Virus record (IMG/VR): IMGVR_UViG_3300030397_000543 | Span: 1-43,860 of that record | DNA from: a virus | Taxonomy: Duplodnaviria > Caudoviricetes | DNA length: 43,860 nucleotides | Direction: 5' to 3' (one strand) | Shown here: positions 35,338-43,860 of the stretch, one piece after another | Layout of the letters: every line of letters begins with the position of its first letter | How positions within the stretch are numbered: the first letter of the stretch is position 1 | Program-made: the position numbers and the translations under genes | Notes under the pieces: model-generated | What the model was told of the DNA's origin: nothing | Database searches by the model: none | The model's input: only the letters and a program-made list of their open reading frames with translations

Positions 35338-35565
35338 TCATTTTTTGCGGTTTGGGTACTGTGTATTTTGATTGCGTTTTCGCTTGGGCGCTCTGACCTG
35401 CCGATAGCAGATTTGACCGCTCGCATTCGAGGACAGTTCGTAAATCGCTTTACACGAATTACAAGGAATCTCCAATGTAAATTCCTCATCAATCGCTTTA
35501 AATAACTTCTGGGCGCAATTTGGGCAATTTATCCAAGTATAATCTTGTTCTATTCGCTCTGACAT
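35338..35565 (-). CDS. Mu Com-like zinc-ribbon protein
   Basis: INCPNCAQKLFK...LEIPCNSCKAI; TAATG-coupled to the portal gene. Confidence 0.7.
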   Translation of the reverse strand: MSERIEQDYTWINCPNCAQKLFKAIDEEFTLEIPCNSCKAIYELSSNASGQICYRQVRAPKRKRNQNTQYPNRKK

Positions 35566-37985
35566 TATTCACCTTCTGGCTCAGGTATGAATGGAATTTC
35601 CACACAACGACAATTGATAATTTCTTTGAGGGCTGCGCTCTTGTCTCCTGGATGAAGCATTTCAACACCACCAACAACAAATTTATCGTCAATCGGGATA
35701 GCGCCTATTTCACCGCCCTCAGTATAGCGCCGTTCGGCTGCCAAGTGACTTTCGCGTGTACGGTCATCTTGGGTTGCAAGCCACTCTTTTTTTGTTGCCC
35801 CAATCCGACGATAGAGATTGTGATTAGCGGCGCTTGCTGCGCCATGTGTTTCAGTTCGGGCTATCATTTCCAGACGGTATGGCGGCATTCGTTCCTGCAT
35901 AAATGCCCAATCATCAGGTGATTGTCCGCCGTTCATGTATTGGTCGAACAACAAACCCAACTTCTTGCCGATTTCATCTGTTCCCATTTCCGCCTCAAGC
36001 CCATCACGAATGACCGCGTGAATACCCTCAAAGGTCGTTTGGTTAATATCCCTAGCGAATTTGAGAGAGTAATTTGCAAACCATGCTTCGGTTTCGATGC
36101 TGGACCGCATGACAAAAATGGTATCAAAATCGGTAATGGTATCTTCTAAATCGAGGGCTTGTCCCATGAGTGTACGGGTATCGGAAGCGATTGTTAGCAC
36201 CAATGGCGACATTTGCTCTTGTACCTCGAATAATCCGCCCGAAAATAGGTACATACGCGCCCATTGCTCATAGGTCATCCAATCAAAGGTTTTTACCTTT
36301 TTGATTGACTCCCGTTTGAGAACATCAAAGCGTTTTTGCAAAGTCTTTTTCTGGTTACGGAATATCCGCTTCGCGCCTGTTTCAAATGCAGGTTCATGTT
36401 TGGCGATTAGTGCAATCAGGTTATCGCGCAATTTCTCTTTTGCAGCGCGGCTTAATTTGCTTTTTATAATCGGCTTGCTATAGTGGACAACATCCTCACC
36501 GTCATCTATACCATCGTGAATACCGCCGTAAGTCGCACCGTCTAACGGGGCAACATGAACAGGTGTACCATCATCAAGGAATTTTTGCGGTTCATCGTCA
36601 TCCTCATTGTCCGATTCTTCTGCTTCATCTTCCTGCCCTTCTGGTAATTGTGGCGGTTCATCTTCACCAAAGGGCGCTTCGACTGGTTGCGGCGGTTGCA
36701 TTCCGATTGATACAGGGACTAAGCCGACTGGCATAAAGGAAATATCGCCACCTTCAATCTCGCCAATATCTAGCCCTGCAATTCGCGCTGCAACGTGTGG
36801 CGGAACCATGCTGTGTACCAATTCCTTGTAGGTTGCGACTTGGGTTGTCGTGTCATCAGCAAAGGCTTTAATACCACTTGTATCAAAGCGCAAAAATAGC
36901 TTGTCATCTAATGTAACCTTATGCCGCAATTCTTCTTCAAAGAGCAGCAACTCGGTATTCATTGTGTTTTGCCAAAAGTCTTCTTTTGCTTCACTAATGT
37001 TATTGTAGGTACTATTCGCTTCATCCAAGCCGATTAATCGTCCTGGTACACCAAAAACGGTTGTTACGCGGCGCACATTCCGCAAGTCGATTACATCCAA
37101 GCCCATATCTTTGAAACTTGGGACCATGTGCGTAAAGTTACCGCCACCATCAATAACAAGCGGCTTACCCCAATTCCCAGCACCGCCGTAAACTTCTTCG
37201 ATTTGGGAGCGTAGGGCTTCAATGTCTTCTTGGTTACTTTCGTAAGGGAGTTGAATCACGCCTCCTGGCATAATCCCTTGATTCTTGAAGTAACTCGCCA
37301 AGAACTTGGTCATATGGTTGTCAGTATCCGCCGTTCGCGCTCCTGCCGACAAAGGCGATAGACCGTAACCTTGCCCTTCTAATGGGTCGTAGGGATTAGG
37401 GAATTTTATGTGCAACATATTGGAAGGGTGAATCGGTATCATCTTCTGTTCGGACATTCCATCAGGATAATAGGCATATCCGATTACCGCATTCGATTTC
37501 TTACGCCCGTTCTCCATTTCGGGAACAATCGCCACGCGGTCAGGACGTAAGGGGTACATCCCTAATTCCAGACCGTCATTGATACCTGTCACATAAATGA
37601 AGCAATTGCCGTGTAGGTTGAGATAGAGAACACAGTATTGCATAAATTCGACACGCGATTGATAGGCGTTCGGGCGCATGGCGAGTTGATACAAGGGGTG
37701 CGATTCGTTTTCGGACAATTCCGCATTGTCGGGCGTTCCCTCGTATGCGCGTAAGGGTGCTTGAGCAATCGCGTCTAGCTTGTACTTGATTGCCCCATAA
37801 ATCACCGCATTTTGGCTATAGCCCTCTTTGGCATAGCTCTCATAATCAATCATATGCCACTGGTACGCTCCTGGTCGCACCATATGCCACACAATCGGCA
37901 ATGGGAAATTCTTCTCTTGGGGTTTGCTCATAAATGCCCGAATACCGTTGCGAAAACGGTCAACCAGCTTGACTTGTGCAACCAT
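35565..37985 (-). CDS. Portal protein (HK97 family) fused to a MuF / SPP1 gp7-like minor head domain
   Basis: Portal motifs LRPDRV, GLSPLS, FGVPGRLIG; acidic linker; MuF motifs IARTET, KEWLATQDDRTRESH, INCRC; start reassigned to ATG 37985 (GGAAGG RBS). Confidence 0.92.
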   Translation of the reverse strand: MVAQVKLVDRFRNGIRAFMSKPQEKNFPLPIVWHMVRPGAYQWHMIDYESYAKEGYSQNAVIYGAIKYKLDAIAQAPLRAYEGTPDNAELSENESHPLYQLAMRPNAYQSRVEFMQYCVLYLNLHGNCFIYVTGINDGLELGMYPLRPDRVAIVPEMENGRKKSNAVIGYAYYPDGMSEQKMIPIHPSNMLHIKFPNPYDPLEGQGYGLSPLSAGARTADTDNHMTKFLASYFKNQGIMPGGVIQLPYESNQEDIEALRSQIEEVYGGAGNWGKPLVIDGGGNFTHMVPSFKDMGLDVIDLRNVRRVTTVFGVPGRLIGLDEANSTYNNISEAKEDFWQNTMNTELLLFEEELRHKVTLDDKLFLRFDTSGIKAFADDTTTQVATYKELVHSMVPPHVAARIAGLDIGEIEGGDISFMPVGLVPVSIGMQPPQPVEAPFGEDEPPQLPEGQEDEAEESDNEDDDEPQKFLDDGTPVHVAPLDGATYGGIHDGIDDGEDVVHYSKPIIKSKLSRAAKEKLRDNLIALIAKHEPAFETGAKRIFRNQKKTLQKRFDVLKRESIKKVKTFDWMTYEQWARMYLFSGGLFEVQEQMSPLVLTIASDTRTLMGQALDLEDTITDFDTIFVMRSSIETEAWFANYSLKFARDINQTTFEGIHAVIRDGLEAEMGTDEIGKKLGLLFDQYMNGGQSPDDWAFMQERMPPYRLEMIARTETHGAASAANHNLYRRIGATKKEWLATQDDRTRESHLAAERRYTEGGEIGAIPIDDKFVVGGVEMLHPGDKSAALKEIINCRCVEIPFIPEPEGE

Positions 37986-38202
37986 TATTGACCTTCCAGA
38001 TAAGCGTATCGCTTGAAACAAATGATGAAGGGATATATAAGGGCATTTTATCATAAAGGGGTATAGAAACAAAAACGCCCTCGATTGAGAGCGTCTTCGT
38101 GTCGATTAATCTTGTCGAGGAAACGAACAAGGGCGACTATAGTATACAACGTTTTAGGCGAATTATTTATTCCGTATTTGGAACAATTCAGCCGATTTCG
38201 GG

Positions 38203-38496
38203 CTAAACGGTGGCGAAAATAAGCGTGTAAATCCATCCCATACCTAAAAACGCAATCGGATAAACAATCAATTTGGTATAGATAGTAATTACAGCTTCGG
38301 TAGAATCGGACGCTGTATCGTTATCCGTATTCCCTCTAAGATAGCCGATAATCAGCGAGAGACCAGCAGCTTGACCAAGCGCTAACGGCTCAAGTCCGAA
38401 TGTTGGGACAATAAACCACGCCCAAAGTTGGAGCAAGATAAACGCGCTGATAACGATTGATAATGGGAACGCAAGTAAAAGTAAAATTGCTTTCAT
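38203..38496 (-). CDS. Small membrane protein
   Basis: LWAWFIVPTFGLEPL...QAAGL, three hydrophobic segments; CTAAGGAT RBS. Confidence 0.75.
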   Translation of the reverse strand: MKAILLLLAFPLSIVISAFILLQLWAWFIVPTFGLEPLALGQAAGLSLIIGYLRGNTDNDTASDSTEAVITIYTKLIVYPIAFLGMGWIYTLIFATV

Positions 38497-38530
38497 TTGG
38501 CTAATCCTTAGCTTATTTGATAGTTAATTT

Positions 38531-38558
38531 ATTCTACTAACTTTTTTCGATTAGTAAA
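38531..38558 (-). promoter_or_regulatory. Conserved phage promoter copy
   Basis: CCC-TTTACT-16 bp-TAGAAT, then a CTAAGGAT RBS. Confidence 0.65.
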
Positions 38559-38574
38559 GGGTTAATCTAAAAAG

Positions 38575-39201
38575 TCAACTCGAACTTGGCATCTGTATAC
38601 CGTCTACAAAATTCAATGCAAGCGCTTCGTCGGGTGTCATCCAGTAATCGCGCTTGAGCATGTCCCGAATCTGTTCTTCGGCAATGTCGGTATGGCGATG
38701 ATACAGATTGACGATTTGCTTCATGAGCATATCCATGTGTTTCACATCGTCTTGAACTTGTTCGTATGTCCCCCAAGCAATGCCGCTTAATTGATGCACT
38801 AAGTAGGTACTGTTAGGCATAATGACACGATGCGTTCCTGCCTGAGCAATTAGGGTAGCGGCGCTTGCGGCTACCCCTTCAACGATTGTATGAACAGGTG
38901 TTTTGAGAGTGCGGATAATATCGTAAGTCGCCATAGCCGCGCTAACATATCCGCCGTAAGAATGAATGTGTAGGTCAATAACTGGCGATACACCGAACTC
39001 AACAGCATGTAACCGCGCTTCACGGTCTAATCGTATAAGGGTCTGATTGAGTTGTGCGGTTGTATTGTTATCCACACTTGACCAAAAATGAATTTGGAAG
39101 TTCTCAGACTCTATAAAATCAAAGCCGTCATCCCCGTTCCGTTTCGGGTCACTTTCAGGCACGGCTATTTCGATTGTTTTTGCTTGGCGTATCGGTTTCA
39201 T
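38575..39201 (-). CDS. clpP: ClpP-family serine protease
   Basis: IHSYGG; GVAASAAT (catalytic Ser); LVHQ (His); RDYWMTPDEA (Asp). Confidence 0.9.
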   Translation of the reverse strand: MKPIRQAKTIEIAVPESDPKRNGDDGFDFIESENFQIHFWSSVDNNTTAQLNQTLIRLDREARLHAVEFGVSPVIDLHIHSYGGYVSAAMATYDIIRTLKTPVHTIVEGVAASAATLIAQAGTHRVIMPNSTYLVHQLSGIAWGTYEQVQDDVKHMDMLMKQIVNLYHRHTDIAEEQIRDMLKRDYWMTPDEALALNFVDGIQMPSSS

Positions 39202-39218
39202 TACAGACCTTTCAAGTG

Positions 39219-40100
39219 TTATTTGACTGGTTTTGGCGGTTCACCATACCATTGCAAGCCTTCATCGGATAGGTCGAAATGCCCACCGTCAAAAACGTGC
39301 GCCAAACCACGTAAATAGAGCCAAATTAAACCTTCGCGTGCATCAGAAGAATTAAGAAACCAATTGTCTTTGTCAATGTTTTCGCGTGTGGAAAACGGTT
39401 TATGAACAAGGTATCGTGCCACACTACGCGCAAAAGGACATTCATGAGTAAGATACATTTCAAGACGCTTATCTTCTGCCAAAGGAACATTAGGGGGAAC
39501 AATATTGACTTGTACCTCGTGGATACTAACTGATGTTTCGCCCGTTTCGGCATCAGTTGATTTCCCAATTAGCAAATTGCCGTATTCAATTAAGCGCGTA
39601 CTGGCGTGATTGGCTGTATATTCCGATTCGTCATCGTCATATTCGATAACCAAGTCGTCATGCCAAGCGCCCTCGTACAGCGTACTGGTCGTTAGCCCGT
39701 GTCCTTTGACGATAATGTGAAAGATTTCAACGCCATACAGCACGTTCCGAACGAACAATTCATAGGTAAATTCCTCGTCACCGTGTAATTCCCCTTTGAA
39801 GGGAACAATGCCCTCAAACTCAAAAGAGAACTTCACTTCGGCATACACATCCGAACCTGTGAAGCAATGCACTGTCGTATTGTATTTTGAGCTTTGCTTG
39901 CGTTCTCCAAAGAGCAATAAGTCAGACTTGAGAATCGCGTTGACTAGCCGTCCACAATCTTCAATATGCTCGTTTTCGGGAAATAAGTTGGGGCGGAGTG
40001 CTGGTAATACATCGTCGGGATAACCGTCACCCGTGCGATAAACTTGATACGTTACATCGTTGTCCGTATCATGAATCAAAAGTGTTGCTCTTGTACCCAT
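39219..40100 (-). CDS. Hypothetical phage protein (MGTR...DGYP family)
   Basis: MGTRA...YRTGDGYP N-terminus, a pattern recurrent in phage early genes; own promoter and RBS. Confidence 0.75.
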   Translation of the reverse strand: MGTRATLLIHDTDNDVTYQVYRTGDGYPDDVLPALRPNLFPENEHIEDCGRLVNAILKSDLLLFGERKQSSKYNTTVHCFTGSDVYAEVKFSFEFEGIVPFKGELHGDEEFTYELFVRNVLYGVEIFHIIVKGHGLTTSTLYEGAWHDDLVIEYDDDESEYTANHASTRLIEYGNLLIGKSTDAETGETSVSIHEVQVNIVPPNVPLAEDKRLEMYLTHECPFARSVARYLVHKPFSTRENIDKDNWFLNSSDAREGLIWLYLRGLAHVFDGGHFDLSDEGLQWYGEPPKPVK

Positions 40101-40135
40101 TCGATTTAATCCTTAGTTTATTGAACAGTGCCTAA

Positions 40136-40164
40136 ATTTTATATGATATTTTAATTATAGTAAA
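40136..40164 (-). promoter_or_regulatory. Conserved phage promoter copy
   Basis: TTTACT-17 bp-TAAAAT, then GTTCAATAAA-CTAAGGAT as in cassette copy B. Confidence 0.7.
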
Positions 40165-40166
40165 GC

Positions 40167-40478
40167 CTAAATAAATGCACGGCGGATATTCAATTGACGC
40201 TCGACTCTCGCTTTGTCGCGCCTATTGGTTTCTCGTCTGGCATAGGTAAGCGCCTGATTGAAGTTATGAAGCAATTTAGTAAATACGAGGCTGCGCCCTT
40301 CCCCCAAAATAAAGACGCGAACACCGCCCTTTTGTGGCGCAATAACAAAACTATGATAAACACCTGTGCCTAATTCATCCGATTTATAAATCGGAAATTG
40401 CTTAATTTTCACGGGACTACCCCATCTTTTTAGTCTTATATTACAACATATTTCACATTTGGATAACCCTAGCCCCAC
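40167..40478 (-). CDS. Hypothetical basic protein
   Basis: Fills the gap downstream of terL; start uncertain. Confidence 0.5.
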   Translation of the reverse strand: MGLGLSKCEICCNIRLKRWGSPVKIKQFPIYKSDELGTGVYHSFVIAPQKGGVRVFILGEGRSLVFTKLLHNFNQALTYARRETNRRDKARVERQLNIRRAFI

Positions 40479-42021
40479 GCGAACGGGTTTTCATCGACTG
40501 CATCCACCATGCCATCGCAACCGCGTCCCCTCCATCGGGCGAACGGTTGCCTAATTTTTCGCGCAGTTTCTTCTTGTCCTCAGCGAAACGGTATACCCCT
40601 AAATTATCGGTATACTCAGGGATGATTAAATCTTGAAGCAGACGGTCATCGGGCGGCAAGGCGAGTTCGGCATAAGCTGGTGCATTTGGGTCCAGTGCCT
40701 CACGTAATGCCCAATACATACCAATACGCATATTGAGAAACTTCATTGTCCCCGTGCTATCGCGTAGCGGTTGCCCTACCCTATCGACTGCACGCGCTGA
40801 GGCTTTCAGGTTTTTGATTTTGTATCGCATGTTCCGTAAGGTCTGATATGCCCCTGCGCCAACACCGATACCGTCAAAGCCGATTGGGATTCGTTCGTCG
40901 GGCTTGGTATGTTTCTCGATTAGGGGAATGGTCTCCATAACCTCTTTATTGTGATACTCTAGCAAGTCACAATAACGCCCTACGAATCGGGCTATTGCGG
41001 TCATGTCCATCCCTGTATCCGCAGGGTCAATCCCATAGGTGGTAATTTCGCGTATCTCTTTAGGGTCTAGTGACGACAGAATATCCGCCGCTTGGAACTC
41101 GTGCCATCGTTTATTTGCCGCCTCTAACCAAGACAAGCGAATGATACCGAAGTCACTACTATCTGCAAACTCGCCCAAGAAATGGTTTTTGTACAACGGG
41201 CTTTCCTCGCCCCAAAGGTTTTTCATGCTCTCAGCATGTTCAAGGTCGATTGTTCCTGCGGCTAGAGCATCCTCATACGTGACACTAATCGGATACCAAT
41301 TGGTCAAGCCTGTTTTCTTGCGGTGAATATCATAGAAGCGTCCTAGCGGCGCACCAGGAGTAGAGATAGTTAGCACAAAGGCATTTGTTCCCTTCGTGGA
41401 GAATGCGCCCTCGATTGCATCAAAGATAGCATCTGGGATAATCTTGGCTTCATCCAAGACGTAGAGTAGGGTTTCTGCGTGAGCGCCCTCAATCCGTTCG
41501 GGCTTACCAGGACTAGTCGCAAAGGCGGTGCGTTGCCCTCTATCCAATTTAATCCCCATATCCAGTAATTCGCGCCCATCGCGCATCTGAATACCAAGAT
41601 GTTCCCAATCCCCTTTTAACGCCCACTTACGAATTTCAGCCCATAGATAAGACTTCAATTGCTCCCAAACCGACGCGGTGGTAATACATTTTGTTTCACC
41701 AGGAGCGCAAGTAATCAGCCAAAGCAAAACCCAAGATGCGGTTGTCGTTTTGCCGACACCACGTAAGGACTTAACCGCTACACGACGATGCTTTTGAACG
41801 GCTAGTAAAATGCGCTCTTGGTAATCGTGGGGCGTTGCGCCAAGAATGTCTTGTACAAACGCGACAATACCGCCTTCATCTTCCCAATAGTGACGCTTGC
41901 GCTCGGCAAAGGTCGTTTCCATCGGGTCGTAAATAGCGAGGGCGTGGGCTTTTAAGCCCCTACGCATAGCACCTGTTTTACGTAAGGGCGGAAGGGAATC
42001 GTTCTTGAGTAGTGCGACCAT
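40453..42021 (-). CDS. terL: Terminase large subunit
   Basis: Walker A KSLRGVGKTT; Walker B YVLDEA; ISTP; nuclease motifs GIDPA, DGIGVG and RSPDGGDA. Confidence 0.95.
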   Translation of the reverse strand: MVALLKNDSLPPLRKTGAMRRGLKAHALAIYDPMETTFAERKRHYWEDEGGIVAFVQDILGATPHDYQERILLAVQKHRRVAVKSLRGVGKTTTASWVLLWLITCAPGETKCITTASVWEQLKSYLWAEIRKWALKGDWEHLGIQMRDGRELLDMGIKLDRGQRTAFATSPGKPERIEGAHAETLLYVLDEAKIIPDAIFDAIEGAFSTKGTNAFVLTISTPGAPLGRFYDIHRKKTGLTNWYPISVTYEDALAAGTIDLEHAESMKNLWGEESPLYKNHFLGEFADSSDFGIIRLSWLEAANKRWHEFQAADILSSLDPKEIREITTYGIDPADTGMDMTAIARFVGRYCDLLEYHNKEVMETIPLIEKHTKPDERIPIGFDGIGVGAGAYQTLRNMRYKIKNLKASARAVDRVGQPLRDSTGTMKFLNMRIGMYWALREALDPNAPAYAELALPPDDRLLQDLIIPEYTDNLGVYRFAEDKKKLREKLGNRSPDGGDAVAMAWWMQSMKTRSRGARVIQM

Positions 42022-42024
42022 GAG

Positions 42025-42294
42025 TTAGTCTTCGGCTAAACCTAGTGCGTTATTGCGCGTTTCTTTGCCAGCTTCGAGGTCGGACAGGACACGAAAGGCT
42101 TCAATCACATCATAGGCTTTCGCTTTGGCGTTTTCCTCAAATTCGGAATAATAATACAAACGCCATTGGTCTTTGCCGTGCATATTCGGACTACTGAGGG
42201 ACATTTCTAGGGACTGGTAGTCTAAACCCCATTGATAGACAATAACCTCACGGTTTTCTGTGATAATGACATACCATTTTACATCTTCGTTCAT
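42025..42294 (-). CDS. Hypothetical protein
   Basis: Part of a tightly packed small-ORF cluster between terS and terL. Confidence 0.6.
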   Translation of the reverse strand: MNEDVKWYVIITENREVIVYQWGLDYQSLEMSLSSPNMHGKDQWRLYYYSEFEENAKAKAYDVIEAFRVLSDLEAGKETRNNALGLAED

Positions 42295-42540
42295 TTAGTC
42301 CACACTTTCTAAGGCAATTGCCTCGCATTGAATAACAGATAAGCGGTCTCGTTCGATGCACCGATTATACACTTTCTCGAAGCGACACGATTCGTCGCAG
42401 ATAGGCTCTCTTAGCTCAGGAAAAAAGAACATCGCACCCAAAGCAATCAATACAGCTAAAACAGTAATAATCACGTACATAGCATCTGTTTTACTGACAT
42501 GCTCGAAAAAACCTATAGCTGAACGTTTCTTTTTAGCCAT
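42295..42540 (-). CDS. Small single-TM protein
   Basis: One hydrophobic helix and a Cys-containing C-terminus; AGGTGA RBS. Confidence 0.6.
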   Translation of the reverse strand: MAKKKRSAIGFFEHVSKTDAMYVIITVLAVLIALGAMFFFPELREPICDESCRFEKVYNRCIERDRLSVIQCEAIALESVD

Positions 42541-42545
42541 ACGAT

Positions 42546-42800
42546 TCACCTATGGTCGATAAGTTGTAATTTGGCGACGGTAGCGATTTCTTGAGCATCT
42601 AAGGTTACACGCTCTTGATTTTGCGCTTCTTGGAACTCTGGAATGGGATAGTATTTGATGACATAGCCCGTGCGATTGGTCATCATGTTTTGACGCTCGG
42701 TAGGGGTGATATTCTTGATATGCACATTGCCCTCAGCCAAATAGATGCAGGGAAACTCGTTTAGCTCCATCGGCTTAATCGGTTGCGTTTTCATCGTCAT
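42546..42800 (-). CDS. Hypothetical protein
   Basis: TAAGGAG RBS. Confidence 0.6.
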   Translation of the reverse strand: MTMKTQPIKPMELNEFPCIYLAEGNVHIKNITPTERQNMMTNRTGYVIKYYPIPEFQEAQNQERVTLDAQEIATVAKLQLIDHR

Positions 42801-42815
42801 GCGATTGCTCCTTAA

Positions 42816-43019
42816 TTATTCCCAAGAAAACGGTTGTTTTGACCAGTAATCAACTTCGGAAAGTAAATTCTCCCAACGTTGTTTGTTGTTAATCTTATGG
42901 GCTTTCATACGCGCAATAGTTTCGTTTCGTGCCGAAACTTTGATGACCTTACCGCCTTTAAATCGACAAGCCCATATCGGATTATTAGTAAGACGCTTTG
43001 GAGAGTTAGCTATCTTCAT
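42816..43019 (-). CDS. Hypothetical basic protein
   Basis: Overlap-coupled ORF in the cluster. Confidence 0.5.
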   Translation of the reverse strand: MKIANSPKRLTNNPIWACRFKGGKVIKVSARNETIARMKAHKINNKQRWENLLSEVDYWSKQPFSWE

Positions 43020-43395
43020 TTTTAATTTCTGCGGTAGCTTGCAAAATCAATGCAAGCCGCGCTTCTATCTCGTCAGGACGAATCGGGCTAATGATAGCGT
43101 CAACTTCCTCTTTAATCATGGCAATTTCGTTGTCGCTTACTTCGTGAGGGATATTGAGGCTTACCTTGATTTCGGCTTTACGGACTGCCTGAATAGCGGT
43201 TAGCGCCATATATGCGTGCGATTGTGCTAAATCGCGCTCGTTATCCTGATAACTCCCCAGAACGGTAAATTCGCCCTTACCCATAGCATCCTTCATCGCA
43301 TCCATTAATTCGCGCCCGTCATTTTCAGGGTCGTGAACAACTACATACGGAATATGCTGATTCTTTACCAGTACAACGTGAAATGTGCGGTTCAT
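43006..43395 (-). CDS. Hypothetical protein
   Basis: Starts immediately after the upstream stop codon. Confidence 0.65.
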   Translation of the reverse strand: MNRTFHVVLVKNQHIPYVVVHDPENDGRELMDAMKDAMGKGEFTVLGSYQDNERDLAQSHAYMALTAIQAVRKAEIKVSLNIPHEVSDNEIAMIKEEVDAIISPIRPDEIEARLALILQATAEIKNEDS

Positions 43396-43860
43396 CTAGT
43401 TTTCGCTTCCTGCGTAAATTCGCTGTATGCCTTCTGCGTAGGCTTGCTTTCGTTCGGTTGCATCTTCGATACGGTTCACGCGATAGAATAAATCCTCAAG
43501 CATATTCAAGAGCAACATAAATTGTGCTAGGGTTATCGCGTTTTCCCCTTTGTACTCAATATCAGATATGGTTTTGACCAATTGCCGACGCTTATCTGTA
43601 ATCTGCAATATCTCTTGCCGTGCGAGATAATCCGCATTGCCGCGCTGTATCAGGCTACCCATCACAAAGAATGCTCGTAAAAAACGTTGAAATGCGTCTT
43701 TATTCTTACCCGATTGCGACTGACGTAAGTCGGTTTCGGCATCGTTGTATACGTTGCTAATGTCTGTCCACAATTTCCCTAACCCACCTTGCTCTAACTG
43801 GTCTAGGTTCTCATGAATAAAAACATCTAATAAAGCAACGTTTTCGGTAAGGTCTAAAGT
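43396..43860 (-). CDS. Probable terminase small subunit, 5' part outside the window
   Basis: Frame is open to the window end (TLDLTENVALLDVFIHENLDQLEQGG...); helical protein upstream of terL. Confidence 0.55.
   Translation of the reverse strand, partial: TLDLTENVALLDVFIHENLDQLEQGGLGKLWTDISNVYNDAETDLRQSQSGKNKDAFQRFLRAFFVMGSLIQRGNADYLARQEILQITDKRRQLVKTISDIEYKGENAITLAQFMLLLNMLEDLFYRVNRIEDATERKQAYAEGIQRIYAGSEN

Noticed and set aside
33857-35396. Track ORFs at 33857-34048, 34216-34542, 34343-34567, 34730-34954 and 35001-35396
   Set aside because: They overlap tRNA genes and the promoter, lack RBSs and have no protein-like motifs.
1-43860. Complete circular genome or terminal repeats
   Set aside because: Both ends cut through ORFs that do not join, and no terminal redundancy was seen.

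Overview
The window is most of a tailed (siphovirus-type) phage genome with two converging arms. The + arm (1-11.8 kb) carries a replication initiator with internal iterons, a DnaB helicase, two glycosyltransferases plus a probable degenerate paralogue, an Rnl1-type RNA ligase, a DUF5131 protein, an ASCH protein and several unknowns. The - arm (43.9-11.8 kb) is the morphogenesis module: terminase, ClpP, portal-MuF fusion, Com-like protein, a 10-member tRNA array, HK97 protease and capsid, HNH nuclease, head-tail and tail genes with a -1 frameshifted chaperone, tape measure, Dit/hub, three membrane proteins, a methyltransferase-like protein and a 25-repeat fibre-like protein. Promoter-led accessory cassettes interrupt the - arm. 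The most unusual signals are non-coding. (1) A 90-nt RNA at 9971-10060 has tmRNA-like tRNA-domain ends (G3:U70, A73, T-arm, no D-stem), but a single closed hairpin replaces the whole mRNA/pseudoknot domain. (2) Two structured non-tRNA RNAs and several atypical tRNAs sit inside the tRNA array. No integrase, endolysin, reverse transcriptase or CRISPR array was recognised. The host is inferred to be Chloroflexota (Anaerolineae-like). All family calls come from motif recognition by eye; no searches were run.
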